13,832 nt of DNA from an uncultured bacterium (GCA_965369655.1 CBDUQR010000058.1:1-13832), one strand, 5' to 3'; shown: positions 1 to 7,658, counted from the stretch's first letter. Numbers and translations are program-made. Notes: generated by a model not told the origin, from the sequence alone.

Positions 1-76
1 GGCTTTCAAGCCTCAGGTCGTGTACAGTTTCATCCCGGTCCTTAACCATTATAAATCAACACGAGGGGAATATACA

Positions 77-214
77 AGGTCGTGTTCCGAATCCCGCAGA
101 GCGGGATGAGAAACGCGACACCTATAGCTTGTTGACCGGCAGTCGGGTTTCTTGCAGGCTTCGCCTGCTGCGGAACGCCGACCTACTGAAGAATAGGACT
201 TTTGGGACGGCTTC
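77..214 (+). repeat. Truncated copy of a MITE/REPIN-like dispersed element (second copy at 9883-10037, inverted)
   Basis: By manual alignment it is colinear (138 nt, no gaps) with the reverse complement of 9883-10020: 105/121 identical outside a 17-nt hairpin cassette. It ends in ACTTTTGGGACGGCTTC (198-214), the terminal IR; the other IR is missing. Confidence 0.9.
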
Positions 215-238
215 AAATTTGACTATCGACATTCGGAC

Positions 239-2026
239 TCAGAATGGATGTTCGCTGCTGAGGGCGATCCGACAAGGCTGCATGATCCTGCCGACCGGGT
301 AGAGCTTTACAGTCTGGTCCCAGTAGGGTGATCGCTCATAGAAAAAAGTCAGTCGTTGCCGAGGGCTGGAAGCGAATACAGTATCGGCAGCGAGAAGGGA
401 ATCGAACTCGATGCGCAGTTCGGGACTCTCGTCGAGCATCTCGCGGGCGATGCGTTCCATTACATAGCTCTCGAAGTACTCCTTCTGGCTGTATATCGTG
501 TTGAAGAATCCCCATCGTATGAAAGAATCAGGCGCCTTCGGTTCGAGGAGATGCGCAACAATCTGATTCGTGCGCTGATTCGTGATGACTACTGCGGAGC
601 CGACGGGGAACTCCCTGGTCTCGCGCGATTCTTCCATCGAGAAATTAAGGCGATGCCGTCCCTCCCACGGCTCCTTTGCCCACTCTATATCATGGAATCT
701 GTACGATCCAATCTCTATCATTTGCGTTTCCGCCAGATACTTAATCTCGACGCCATGAGCTTCGAGAAGCCCGATCTCATCTGTCCATTCAGGTGGTACG
801 ATGTAGGCCCACGGAATCAGGGCGGAATCGGCGTGTCGAAACGTGTTGAGATAGGGAACATTATAAACGGTTGGCTCAGTTCCCCATATGACCCATTCCG
901 AGCCGGATATGTCGCTTGGTTGTGTTGTGACATCATAACCTTTGAATTCTATGATGTCCGTCGTGTCTGTTGTGCGCTTGTAATTCAAAATGTAGTGCGA
1001 GCCGGGCAGCGACACAGCAACGGCGCTGTCAGCGGCCGCGACCGCCGCGCTCAGAACGTTCTTTTGCTCAGTGAGCAGTTCAAGCAATTCTGCGAGGATT
1101 GTGTATGTCCCCGTAACTCGCGTTCGATAATCTTTGAGCATGTGCGTTTCGACAAGCAGGGCAGGGCGGTTCTGGACCGCACCGTATCCGGTGGAGTATC
1201 GAGGCGACCATATCAGGCCGAGTAGTCCGTGCGTGATATGCTCGTAATCCCGAGTGATCACATAAGGGACGATTGGAAAGCCGTTCAATTCCATTCTTTT
1301 ATCGATTGTTGGGAGGAACCGGTCTGTGATCCAGCTTCGGACAGGTTCAGCCATGTTTTCATGTGTTTCTATGCCGTATGTTATAACATATTGATAATCG
1401 GCGCCGTCTGTCACGTGACAATCGACAATGAAATCAGGGAGCCATTCATTGAACACCCGGAGCCACGCCCTCATCTCGGGTGTATCCGCCTTCAGGAAAT
1501 CCCTGTTGAGATTATATCCCTGCGCAGTGGTACGGAATCCCATCTCAGCAGGGCCATTCTGGTTGATCCTGTTGTATGGTCCGAACCGTTCGTGACCGTC
1601 GACATTGAATATCGGGATGAAAAGAACTACTATGCTGTCGAGAAGGCGTGAGAACTTATCGTCCCTGACGAAATCCCTGATTAGCATCAGTCCCGCGTCT
1701 TTGCCGTCCGATTCTCCCGGGTGGATACATGCCGTGATGTAGAGTACAAGTCTTCCATCCACAGGACGCTCGAACGATCCCGACTTATCGAGTATCAGAA
1801 GCGGCAACTTTCGTCCCTGCGGTGTTATCCCGAATTCGATGTATTTCACATATTGCGATGCCGAGTCGAGTTGTTTACAGAATGACACCGTCCTGGCGTA
1901 ATGAGGGGTTTCGAGGTATCCGGATGCTTCATAGTATGTGGTAAATATGTCATTAGCCGTGATGGCAGACCCGAAAGTTATGCCTGCGATTACTACAATG
2001 TATATGATCGCTCTATATTTCTGCAT
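239..2026 (-). CDS. Secreted M14-family zinc carboxypeptidase-like protein (~595 aa)
   Basis: M14 motifs CIHPGE (HxxE Zn ligands), NVDG, NLNRD and DCH (third ligand). The start was moved from 2158 to ATG 2026, which has GGAG upstream, a hydrophobic leader (MQKYRAIIYIVVIAGITFGSAITA) and lies downstream of the predicted promoter. Confidence 0.88.
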   Translation of the reverse strand: MQKYRAIIYIVVIAGITFGSAITANDIFTTYYEASGYLETPHYARTVSFCKQLDSASQYVKYIEFGITPQGRKLPLLILDKSGSFERPVDGRLVLYITACIHPGESDGKDAGLMLIRDFVRDDKFSRLLDSIVVLFIPIFNVDGHERFGPYNRINQNGPAEMGFRTTAQGYNLNRDFLKADTPEMRAWLRVFNEWLPDFIVDCHVTDGADYQYVITYGIETHENMAEPVRSWITDRFLPTIDKRMELNGFPIVPYVITRDYEHITHGLLGLIWSPRYSTGYGAVQNRPALLVETHMLKDYRTRVTGTYTILAELLELLTEQKNVLSAAVAAADSAVAVSLPGSHYILNYKRTTDTTDIIEFKGYDVTTQPSDISGSEWVIWGTEPTVYNVPYLNTFRHADSALIPWAYIVPPEWTDEIGLLEAHGVEIKYLAETQMIEIGSYRFHDIEWAKEPWEGRHRLNFSMEESRETREFPVGSAVVITNQRTNQIVAHLLEPKAPDSFIRWGFFNTIYSQKEYFESYVMERIAREMLDESPELRIEFDSLLAADTVFASSPRQRLTFFYERSPYWDQTVKLYPVGRIMQPCRIALSSEHPF

Positions 2027-2060
2027 GCGTTTCTCCATTAGCGTGTGTTTAATATGGATC

Positions 2061-2089
2061 ATCATACCTGCGACAAGGCTGCCTGTCAA
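2061..2089 (-). promoter_or_regulatory. sigma70-type promoter for the M14 peptidase
   Basis: Minus strand TTGACA (2089-2084), N17, TATGAT (2066-2061). Confidence 0.7.
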
Positions 2090-2123
2090 CCAGATAGATG
2101 CCGCGGGAATATAACACTGCTCG

Positions 2124-2152
2124 TTGACATGGCGTCTTGTATCCGGTATATT
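2124..2152 (+). promoter_or_regulatory. sigma70-type promoter for the pepC-like gene
   Basis: TTGACA (2124-2129), N17, TATATT (2147-2152). Confidence 0.7.
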
Positions 2153-2197
2153 GCGCATCTTGAAACAGCTTCGTATCCATCACGCATAGGAGCAGCT

Positions 2198-3601
2198 ATG
2201 AAAGCCTCAATCAGAGTTACAATCTGGGTTGTCTTGTCCAGCTTGATCGGTCTTGCATCTCTCGCACAAGCCGGGGAGGGGGGACTGTCGGGCGACATGA
2301 TCAATGAGATGAAGTCATCACTCGATATGGATAATCATACCAGGGCGATGTACAATGCGATCACCAACAACGACATCAATAAGCTGGCTCTGAACAGAGA
2401 CATAATCAGAGAACACAACGAGGTCTTCAGCCACAAGATCAAGGCCAAAGGCATCAGCAATCAGAAATCGAGCGGTCGTTGCTGGCTGTTCGCCGGACTG
2501 AACATCATGCGTCCGGCGGTGATCGAGAAATACAAGCTCGGCAGTTTCGAGTTCTCACAGAACTACCTCGCGTTCTGGGACAAGATGGAGAAAGCGAACT
2601 GTTTCCTCGAACAGATGATCGATCTGCGCGATCGTGACCTGATGGACCGTGAACTCGAAATCCTGCTCAGGAGTCCGTTCGGCGACGGCGGCTGGTGGAA
2701 ATACGTGGTGGACCTGATCGAGAAGTATGGTGCGGTCCCGAAAGAGGTCATGCCCGAGACCAACAGCTCCGGCAGTACCGGCATGATGAACAGGCTCATC
2801 ACCCGAACACTGCGCGCAGACGCGGTCAAACTCAGGAAGATGAATCAGGAGGGTGTTGCGCTCGATGAGTTGCGAAGCGAGAAGAACAGGATGCTGGCGC
2901 AGGTATACCGTATGCTCGCCATGAATCTCGGTGAGCCGCCGACTGAATTTCCGTGGCGATTCGAGGACAGGGATTCTGTCGTGAGCGAACTCGCGATCTA
3001 TACTCCGAAGCAGTTCTATGAGGAATTCGTCGGTGTCGATCTGAATGAGTATGTCAATATTTTCAATGACCCAACCAAGGACTTCGGCAGACACTACAGG
3101 GTCCGGCTGTCACGCAACATGTACGACAAGGATGATATCAATTTCGCCAATACCACGATCGACGTGCTCAAAGAAACGGCGATGAAGTCAGTCCTTGCCG
3201 ATGAGCCTGTCTGGTTTGCCTGCGATGTCGGTAAGGATCAGAGCCGCGAGCATGGCATAATGGCTGTTGATATATTCGACTACGACGCGATCTACGAAAC
3301 CGACATGACAATGTCCAAGGCGGAGCGATCTCTGTTCAGGGAAAGCTCTCCGAATCACGCGATGGTGTTTGTCGGCGTCGATGTGAAAGACGACAAGCCG
3401 GTCAAGTGGCTGGTCGAGAATAGCTGGGGTTCAAGCAAGGGCAGCGGCGGCTACTGGACTCTGTACGATACATGGTTCGACGAGCATGTCTACAACGTGA
3501 TAGCGAAACGAGAATTCGTGCCTGACGACATACTTTCTATCTACGACCAGGACCCGATTATACTCCCGCCATGGGATCCGATGTTTGAAATGGTGAAATG
3601 A
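2198..3601 (+). CDS. pepC: C1B-family cysteine aminopeptidase (aminopeptidase C / bleomycin hydrolase-like) with signal peptide, ~467 aa
   Basis: QKSSGRCWLF (catalytic Cys), FSQNYLAFWDKMEKAN, DGGWW, NHAM (His), ENSWG (Asn) and C-terminal LPPWDPM. ATG 2198 follows AGGAG (2188-2192) and starts a signal peptide ending AQA. Confidence 0.9.
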   Translation: MKASIRVTIWVVLSSLIGLASLAQAGEGGLSGDMINEMKSSLDMDNHTRAMYNAITNNDINKLALNRDIIREHNEVFSHKIKAKGISNQKSSGRCWLFAGLNIMRPAVIEKYKLGSFEFSQNYLAFWDKMEKANCFLEQMIDLRDRDLMDRELEILLRSPFGDGGWWKYVVDLIEKYGAVPKEVMPETNSSGSTGMMNRLITRTLRADAVKLRKMNQEGVALDELRSEKNRMLAQVYRMLAMNLGEPPTEFPWRFEDRDSVVSELAIYTPKQFYEEFVGVDLNEYVNIFNDPTKDFGRHYRVRLSRNMYDKDDINFANTTIDVLKETAMKSVLADEPVWFACDVGKDQSREHGIMAVDIFDYDAIYETDMTMSKAERSLFRESSPNHAMVFVGVDVKDDKPVKWLVENSWGSSKGSGGYWTLYDTWFDEHVYNVIAKREFVPDDILSIYDQDPIILPPWDPMFEMVK

Positions 3602-4976
3602 CGGTAAGGAGTGATGAGTTGTTGTGCTCGTAAAGAGAGAATACCGGCTGCGGGTCGTCAGAGCCGAAAGCTTTCTTGAGGTTGTTCTTGTGTTCCCAAG
3701 TTGCTGATTGACGGATCTCTCGCAAGTACTCCAAAAATTCCTCTCGGTCACGAGCACAGAATAGCCGAGTATTGTACGCTATGTCGCCTCGTTTTTGTGC
3801 GAATTCCACTAGGCGTTTGCATTCTGTATCTATGAGCATAGCATCGCAATATGGCAAAAAAGTCTTAATGGCATTTTGATCGACAGAAAAACTAATCCCC
3901 ATCTCTTTCTTCCCTGCTCTCGCTTCATGCGCCTTTGCTCCCCAAATGGCAGCGCCAATCATATTGTGAGGGGATTCTTCAAATTCTTTGGAAGATAGGA
4001 ATCGTTGGATAATATCAGCGGTGTCACGGAAATTGTGACCATGTCCGATTAACAGTTGTTGAATTACCTGAAGTGGGTGTCGGACCCAATTCATCTCCAT
4101 ATGCGTGAGCTTCTGTTCTAAGAAGTGTGGATTCTCAGGTGAGCCATATGTCAAATCTTTCTTAATGGACCAGAGTTTCGCGGCGATGTTCGCAAGACCT
4201 GAAATCAGTCCAATTCCGTATGCCTGTTTTTCCTCATTGAACCAATCTCGATAATTCCCGGTGCTTTCGGTTTTCCATCGACTGTGAACAGCTTCCAACT
4301 CCTGAGCACCTTCGTGCTTAGTAGATTTGGCTTCATCGTATAGTTCCCTCGGAATCGGCGTTGTCAAGTAGAGAGTGGCATCTTTCCATCCATCCAGATT
4401 ACCTTTCATGGCATTTCGCTTGGGAAATTCTCGCTCGGATTTCAAGCCTCTCCAGAGCAAGAAGGATTCAATCGCCTGATGTGCTTGCACATCATAAGGA
4501 TATCGAAACTCGACACCATTGGATAGTACCTCAATAATTGGTTTCAGGTCATTAAGCATGTTTTGCCAACCGAGTGACTCTCTAACATGAAACTCTGACG
4601 TAGGGCAGGCCACTAACTGCATCAGGACCAACCGACTTAGTTCCGCATAGCATGTTTTCCATAGTTGGAAATCTGGTTCAGAGTGCTTGGGCGACCAATC
4701 GGGATGGATCGACTTCATCATATTACTAAAGGCGAACTGATCCAAATACAGAATCTTCTTGTTGAGTCGGGGTAAAGACTCGTATATTGCTTTCCCTTGT
4801 GGTGGGTAACCACACTTCACACACCGCCGTTTCAGTAAGAGAGGTTCTATCCTCTCTACCGCGAATGTATCTCTGCCGCATGACGGACATTTGATAAAAG
4901 GTCCCCGGGGAGGCAACAACTTGTCGAGAATGAAGTCCTTTCTCTGATCTAAGCTCATTCGTTCGATATGATCCAT
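3558..4976 (-). CDS. Hypothetical protein: N-terminal zinc ribbon plus probable PIN-like nuclease domain (472 aa)
   Basis: Long ORF with lower GC than its neighbours. CPSC...CVKC is followed by ILYLDQ (beta-strand + Asp), a later Glu (HVRE) and D-x12-D-x3-D acidic residues (DQNAIKTFLPYCDAMLID), a PIN-like pattern. It overlaps the pepC 3' end convergently by 44 bp. The fold call is inference. Confidence 0.7.
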   Translation of the reverse strand: MDHIERMSLDQRKDFILDKLLPPRGPFIKCPSCGRDTFAVERIEPLLLKRRCVKCGYPPQGKAIYESLPRLNKKILYLDQFAFSNMMKSIHPDWSPKHSEPDFQLWKTCYAELSRLVLMQLVACPTSEFHVRESLGWQNMLNDLKPIIEVLSNGVEFRYPYDVQAHQAIESFLLWRGLKSEREFPKRNAMKGNLDGWKDATLYLTTPIPRELYDEAKSTKHEGAQELEAVHSRWKTESTGNYRDWFNEEKQAYGIGLISGLANIAAKLWSIKKDLTYGSPENPHFLEQKLTHMEMNWVRHPLQVIQQLLIGHGHNFRDTADIIQRFLSSKEFEESPHNMIGAAIWGAKAHEARAGKKEMGISFSVDQNAIKTFLPYCDAMLIDTECKRLVEFAQKRGDIAYNTRLFCARDREEFLEYLREIRQSATWEHKNNLKKAFGSDDPQPVFSLYEHNNSSLLTVISPFQTSDPMAGV

Positions 4977-4990
4977 AGTAAAAAAACCGA

Positions 4991-5038
4991 TTGTTATTTG
5001 ATCCGATTAAAGGTATGCTGTTACTTTGGATGTGTCAA
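4991..5038. promoter_or_regulatory. Candidate overlapping divergent promoters
   Basis: Minus strand: TTGACA (5038-5033), N17, TACCTT (5015-5010), toward the PIN-like gene. Plus strand: TTGTTA (4991-4996), N17, TATGCT (5014-5019), toward the small ORF. Confidence 0.4.
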
Positions 5039-5125
5039 CCAGAAGCGGTTGTGTTGTTTATCTGGGAACAATGTAGCTGGATCTGCATTCTACAGCATGA
5101 ATATGACAACTGGGAAGACTTGAGA

Positions 5126-5206
5126 ATGAACACAGTTATTATTCTCATCGCACTTGTTGCTTTTGTGCTGTACCTGTCGCTTGGAAAGGGCGGCGGAGGC
5201 GGCTGA
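5126..5206 (+). CDS. Putative 26-aa single-TM peptide with a poly-Gly tail (MNTVIILIALVAFVLYLSLGKGGGGG)
   Basis: ATG at 5126, ~17 consecutive mostly hydrophobic residues, KGGGGG, then TGA. A hairpin follows directly. The RBS is weak. Confidence 0.45.
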   Translation: MNTVIILIALVAFVLYLSLGKGGGGG

Positions 5207-5319
5207 TCGATCCGCTGAGCGCCGCCGTGAGCGGTCGCAAAGAGTAGAGGGTTCCACTGGGGCGGATGATTCTGCGAGTCCGAAGTCAGTCAAATTACCA
5301 TTAATCATAATGCGGCGAA

Positions 5320-5481
5320 GTGTCAGGTCGCAATCCCGTTTGCACGGGATGAAGACCTGACACAACGGTGAAATGCGTTCCACTGTTGCGGCGGGTCTTG
5401 CGAATCCTTGTCAACGGATTCGTGTGACCTGCCGTTATCGTAGTGCAAGAAAATGCGCAGGGGCGAACACTCCTGCGCTAC
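5320..5481. repeat. Cluster of three GTTG/GTAG-tagged REP-like palindromes
   Basis: 5320-5366: GTGTCAGGTC..ATCCCG-TTTGCA-CGGGAT..GACCTGACAC-AAC. 5385-5434: GTTG-CGGCGGGTC..CGAATCC-TTGTCAAC-GGATTCG..GACCTGCCG. 5456-5481: CGCAGGGGCGAACACTCCTGCG-CTAC. Confidence 0.75.
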
Positions 5482-5616
5482 CGTTGAGTAATTATGCTAT
5501 CAACAACGAAAAAGGCTCGTCAAGTGTGACAGCGAATTGATTAAACCACGAATGCGGGACTTTGTTCGCTCGAACAGCACCGCTTGTCGCAACGGAAATC
5601 ATCCATCGTCGCCGAC

Positions 5617-6558
5617 TTACAGTTCAGACAAGAAAGAAGTCTGGGGCGGTTCTTCAGAGTCTGTCGCGACCGTTTCCAGAAGTTCCGACAAATCGACTTC
5701 ACCAGATGCGCTAATATCCAGTGGTCGCGCCCCCCTCTCGATGAAGAATCGATTGCCGGGTGGGGTAGAATACGGATCGTCGTGCTGGAGCACGAAGAGT
5801 GAACGTTGCAGTTTCAGCGCGGCTTTTCCAGCCGCGAACGTGCCGCCTTCCAAGCCTGATTCCACAAGCACGATAGCGTTGGACAGGCAGCAGATTGTGC
5901 TGTTTCGCTTCATGGCATTGTGTGAGTGCCAGCCTAAGTTCGGCGGAAGCTCCGACAGGATGACGTGATTCTCCGGTTCGAGAAGACTTGCGACCGCACT
6001 CTTCGGGCTGAAGCTGAGAATCCCGGTCGGCAGAACGAATGTTGTCACTCCGCCGGAATCGAGAGCGCCGATGTGTGCGGCAGTGTCGACTCCGTAAGCA
6101 TATCCACTCACCACATTGATGCCGCTGCGCGCAAGCTGATTCGCGATAGACATTGCCACCTGGCAATTCTCATCGGATGCTCTTCTGGAGCCGCAGAACC
6201 CGACTGATCGTCGCTTGAGGATATCGGGGTTTCCTTTTGCGAACAGACAGGGAGGAGCGTTATCGCCCATAGCATTTGCCAGACGCGAAGGGTAACTCCC
6301 ATCACCTTTCAGCAGGATATTGATCTCATGCTGCTCCAACTCGGCGCTCAGAGTCTCAGCTTGATCCTTCTGTTCTGCGATCGATGCTGCCACACCCGGT
6401 TTCAGATCGAAGCTTTCGATCAGGACGGAAGTCTCCAGTAACACGAGCTCGCTAATGGGGACTCGTTCGTGTTCGAGTTGCTTAAGCAGACGATCAAATG
6501 TCCTTGCTCCCAGCCCCGGCGTAAGGATCAACTGCAAAACCGCAATCGAATCATTCAT
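5617..6558 (-). CDS. DprA/Smf-family protein (ShosA-like partner of the upstream PRTase), 313 aa
   Basis: PGLG N-terminal motif, YPSRL, PPCLFAKGN, GFCGSRRAS, VVSGYAYGVDTAAHIGAL, RNSTI and ESGLEGGT. No C-terminal winged-helix extension. ATGA overlap with the PRTase. Confidence 0.9.
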   Translation of the reverse strand: MNDSIAVLQLILTPGLGARTFDRLLKQLEHERVPISELVLLETSVLIESFDLKPGVAASIAEQKDQAETLSAELEQHEINILLKGDGSYPSRLANAMGDNAPPCLFAKGNPDILKRRSVGFCGSRRASDENCQVAMSIANQLARSGINVVSGYAYGVDTAAHIGALDSGGVTTFVLPTGILSFSPKSAVASLLEPENHVILSELPPNLGWHSHNAMKRNSTICCLSNAIVLVESGLEGGTFAAGKAALKLQRSLFVLQHDDPYSTPPGNRFFIERGARPLDISASGEVDLSELLETVATDSEEPPQTSFLSEL

Positions 6559-7508
6559 AGATTATCTCGATCTCCCCATGTTTTAACGCACACCAGTCCG
6601 GCGACATGCACGGCTCCGAGTGATTTCAGGCATCCTGCGAAGGACCACATACTCGCGCCCGATTGATACAGATCATCGATGATTATCATGTTTCTTCCGT
6701 CAAGATTGCCATCAAGTTCCACATTGCTTTCGGAAAAGACTTTCCTGCATTTCCTGACTTTGCTCTTGAAGCTTATATCTTTGAATGACGGCTTTCGACT
6801 CCTCAGCCGGACATTGAAAATGTCAACATCGCTGTCCTGATGAGATACGGAGTAGAGATTGTATAGTCCTTTCGCCAGGAGTTCGGGCAAACAGTAATCC
6901 GATCCCTGCACCGGGGGAAGATATGTGACAGATACAGGTTCTCCAATGAAATTCACGAGTCTCTGAAATGCGGGCAGCATCAGCTTAACGATTTGCGGTG
7001 TTAGTTGTAACTTATGACTGTACTTTGCCTGATGCTTGAGTTCGCCAATATCGGTGCGTGATCCTCGTTCGCTAAACTTGAATGTGTAGTCGATTGCCAG
7101 ACAGAAGTCGAGTTCTGAGGAAAAGTGCCAGGCGACATCATCGCTTCTTCCGACCAGTATAAAGTGGCTGTAATCATTGATGAATGCAATGATCGATGCG
7201 ATGTCATCCGAAGTCAATCCGGTGAAGAACGCGAATCTGGTTTTTCCGCTCTCTGATTCGCGCCAGCCGGTGTTTGACTTTCCCATGATCGCAGTATTCT
7301 CGGCGGAGAAGAGCTTAGCATAGTATGGTGGCAGACTAAGCAGCCAATCGCCGTTTTGTCTTTGCTTAAACCGCGACCATGTCAGCCGACATCGACTGCT
7401 CTGCGGTATTGGAATCATCCCAATGCCCCTTTCGAACTGTTCGTTAGCCCGGATACAATAGCTGAACATCTCGTCACGAAAATTAGCTGGTGATTCGATG
7501 TGTGTCAA
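6555..7508 (-). CDS. Type I phosphoribosyltransferase-domain (ComF/ShosT-like) protein, ~317 aa; start uncertain (TTG 7508 or ATG 7469)
   Basis: PRPP-binding loop MIIIDDLYQSGASM followed by LKSLGA..V.GLV..KT, and RTDIGELKHQAKY upstream. The N-terminal ~130 aa are not recognised. Confidence 0.8.
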   Translation of the reverse strand: MTHIESPANFRDEMFSYCIRANEQFERGIGMIPIPQSSRCRLTWSRFKQRQNGDWLLSLPPYYAKLFSAENTAIMGKSNTGWRESESGKTRFAFFTGLTSDDIASIIAFINDYSHFILVGRSDDVAWHFSSELDFCLAIDYTFKFSERGSRTDIGELKHQAKYSHKLQLTPQIVKLMLPAFQRLVNFIGEPVSVTYLPPVQGSDYCLPELLAKGLYNLYSVSHQDSDVDIFNVRLRSRKPSFKDISFKSKVRKCRKVFSESNVELDGNLDGRNMIIIDDLYQSGASMWSFAGCLKSLGAVHVAGLVCVKTWGDRDNL

Positions 7509-7574
7509 TCATATTCCAATACTTGAATTCTGACGATTGACGCATGCCTGGGTTAAGTGGCCGGTTATCTATTA

Positions 7575-7646
7575 TACCCCCGCCAGGAATCGAACCTGGA
7601 TTCCCGACTCCGGAGGCCGGTGTGTTATCCGTTCCACCACGGGGGC
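7575..7646 (-). tRNA. tRNA-Arg(CCG); CCA not encoded
   Basis: Minus strand GCCCCCG-TG-GTG GAACGGATAA CAC-A-CCGGC CTCCGGA GTCGG-GAAT-CCAGG TTCGATT CCTGG-CGGGGGT-A: complete cloverleaf with anticodon CCG. Confidence 0.96.
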
Positions 7647-7658
7647 ATCGTTCCAATG

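Noticed and set aside
1-49. Possible start of a minus-strand gene (MVKDRDETVHDLRLES...) and a 9-bp AGGTCGTGT repeat at 15-23 and 77-85
   Set aside because: Truncated by the window edge, no clear RBS, and the repeat is too short to interpret.
356-1651. Long antisense ORFs (289 and 140 aa); likewise 10168-11055, 10778-11425, 11467-12204, 12378-13265 and 7741-8079
   Set aside because: Shadow frames of well-supported genes on the opposite strand, with no recognisable motifs.
2027-2197. Overlapping N-terminal extensions of the two peptidase ORFs (starts at 2158 and 2045)
   Set aside because: Downstream ATGs have an RBS and signal peptides, and the interval holds the promoters.
3557-3571. ATTATACTCCCGCCA matches the tRNA 3' end region (7571-7585, ATTATACCCCCGCCA) at 14/15 in direct orientation, at the far edge of the accessory block: a possible att site
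   Set aside because: It encodes part of the conserved PepC ILPPWDPM motif. Excision would remove the PepC C-terminus and run the gene into the tRNA. Probably coincidence, although comparative genomics could revisit it.
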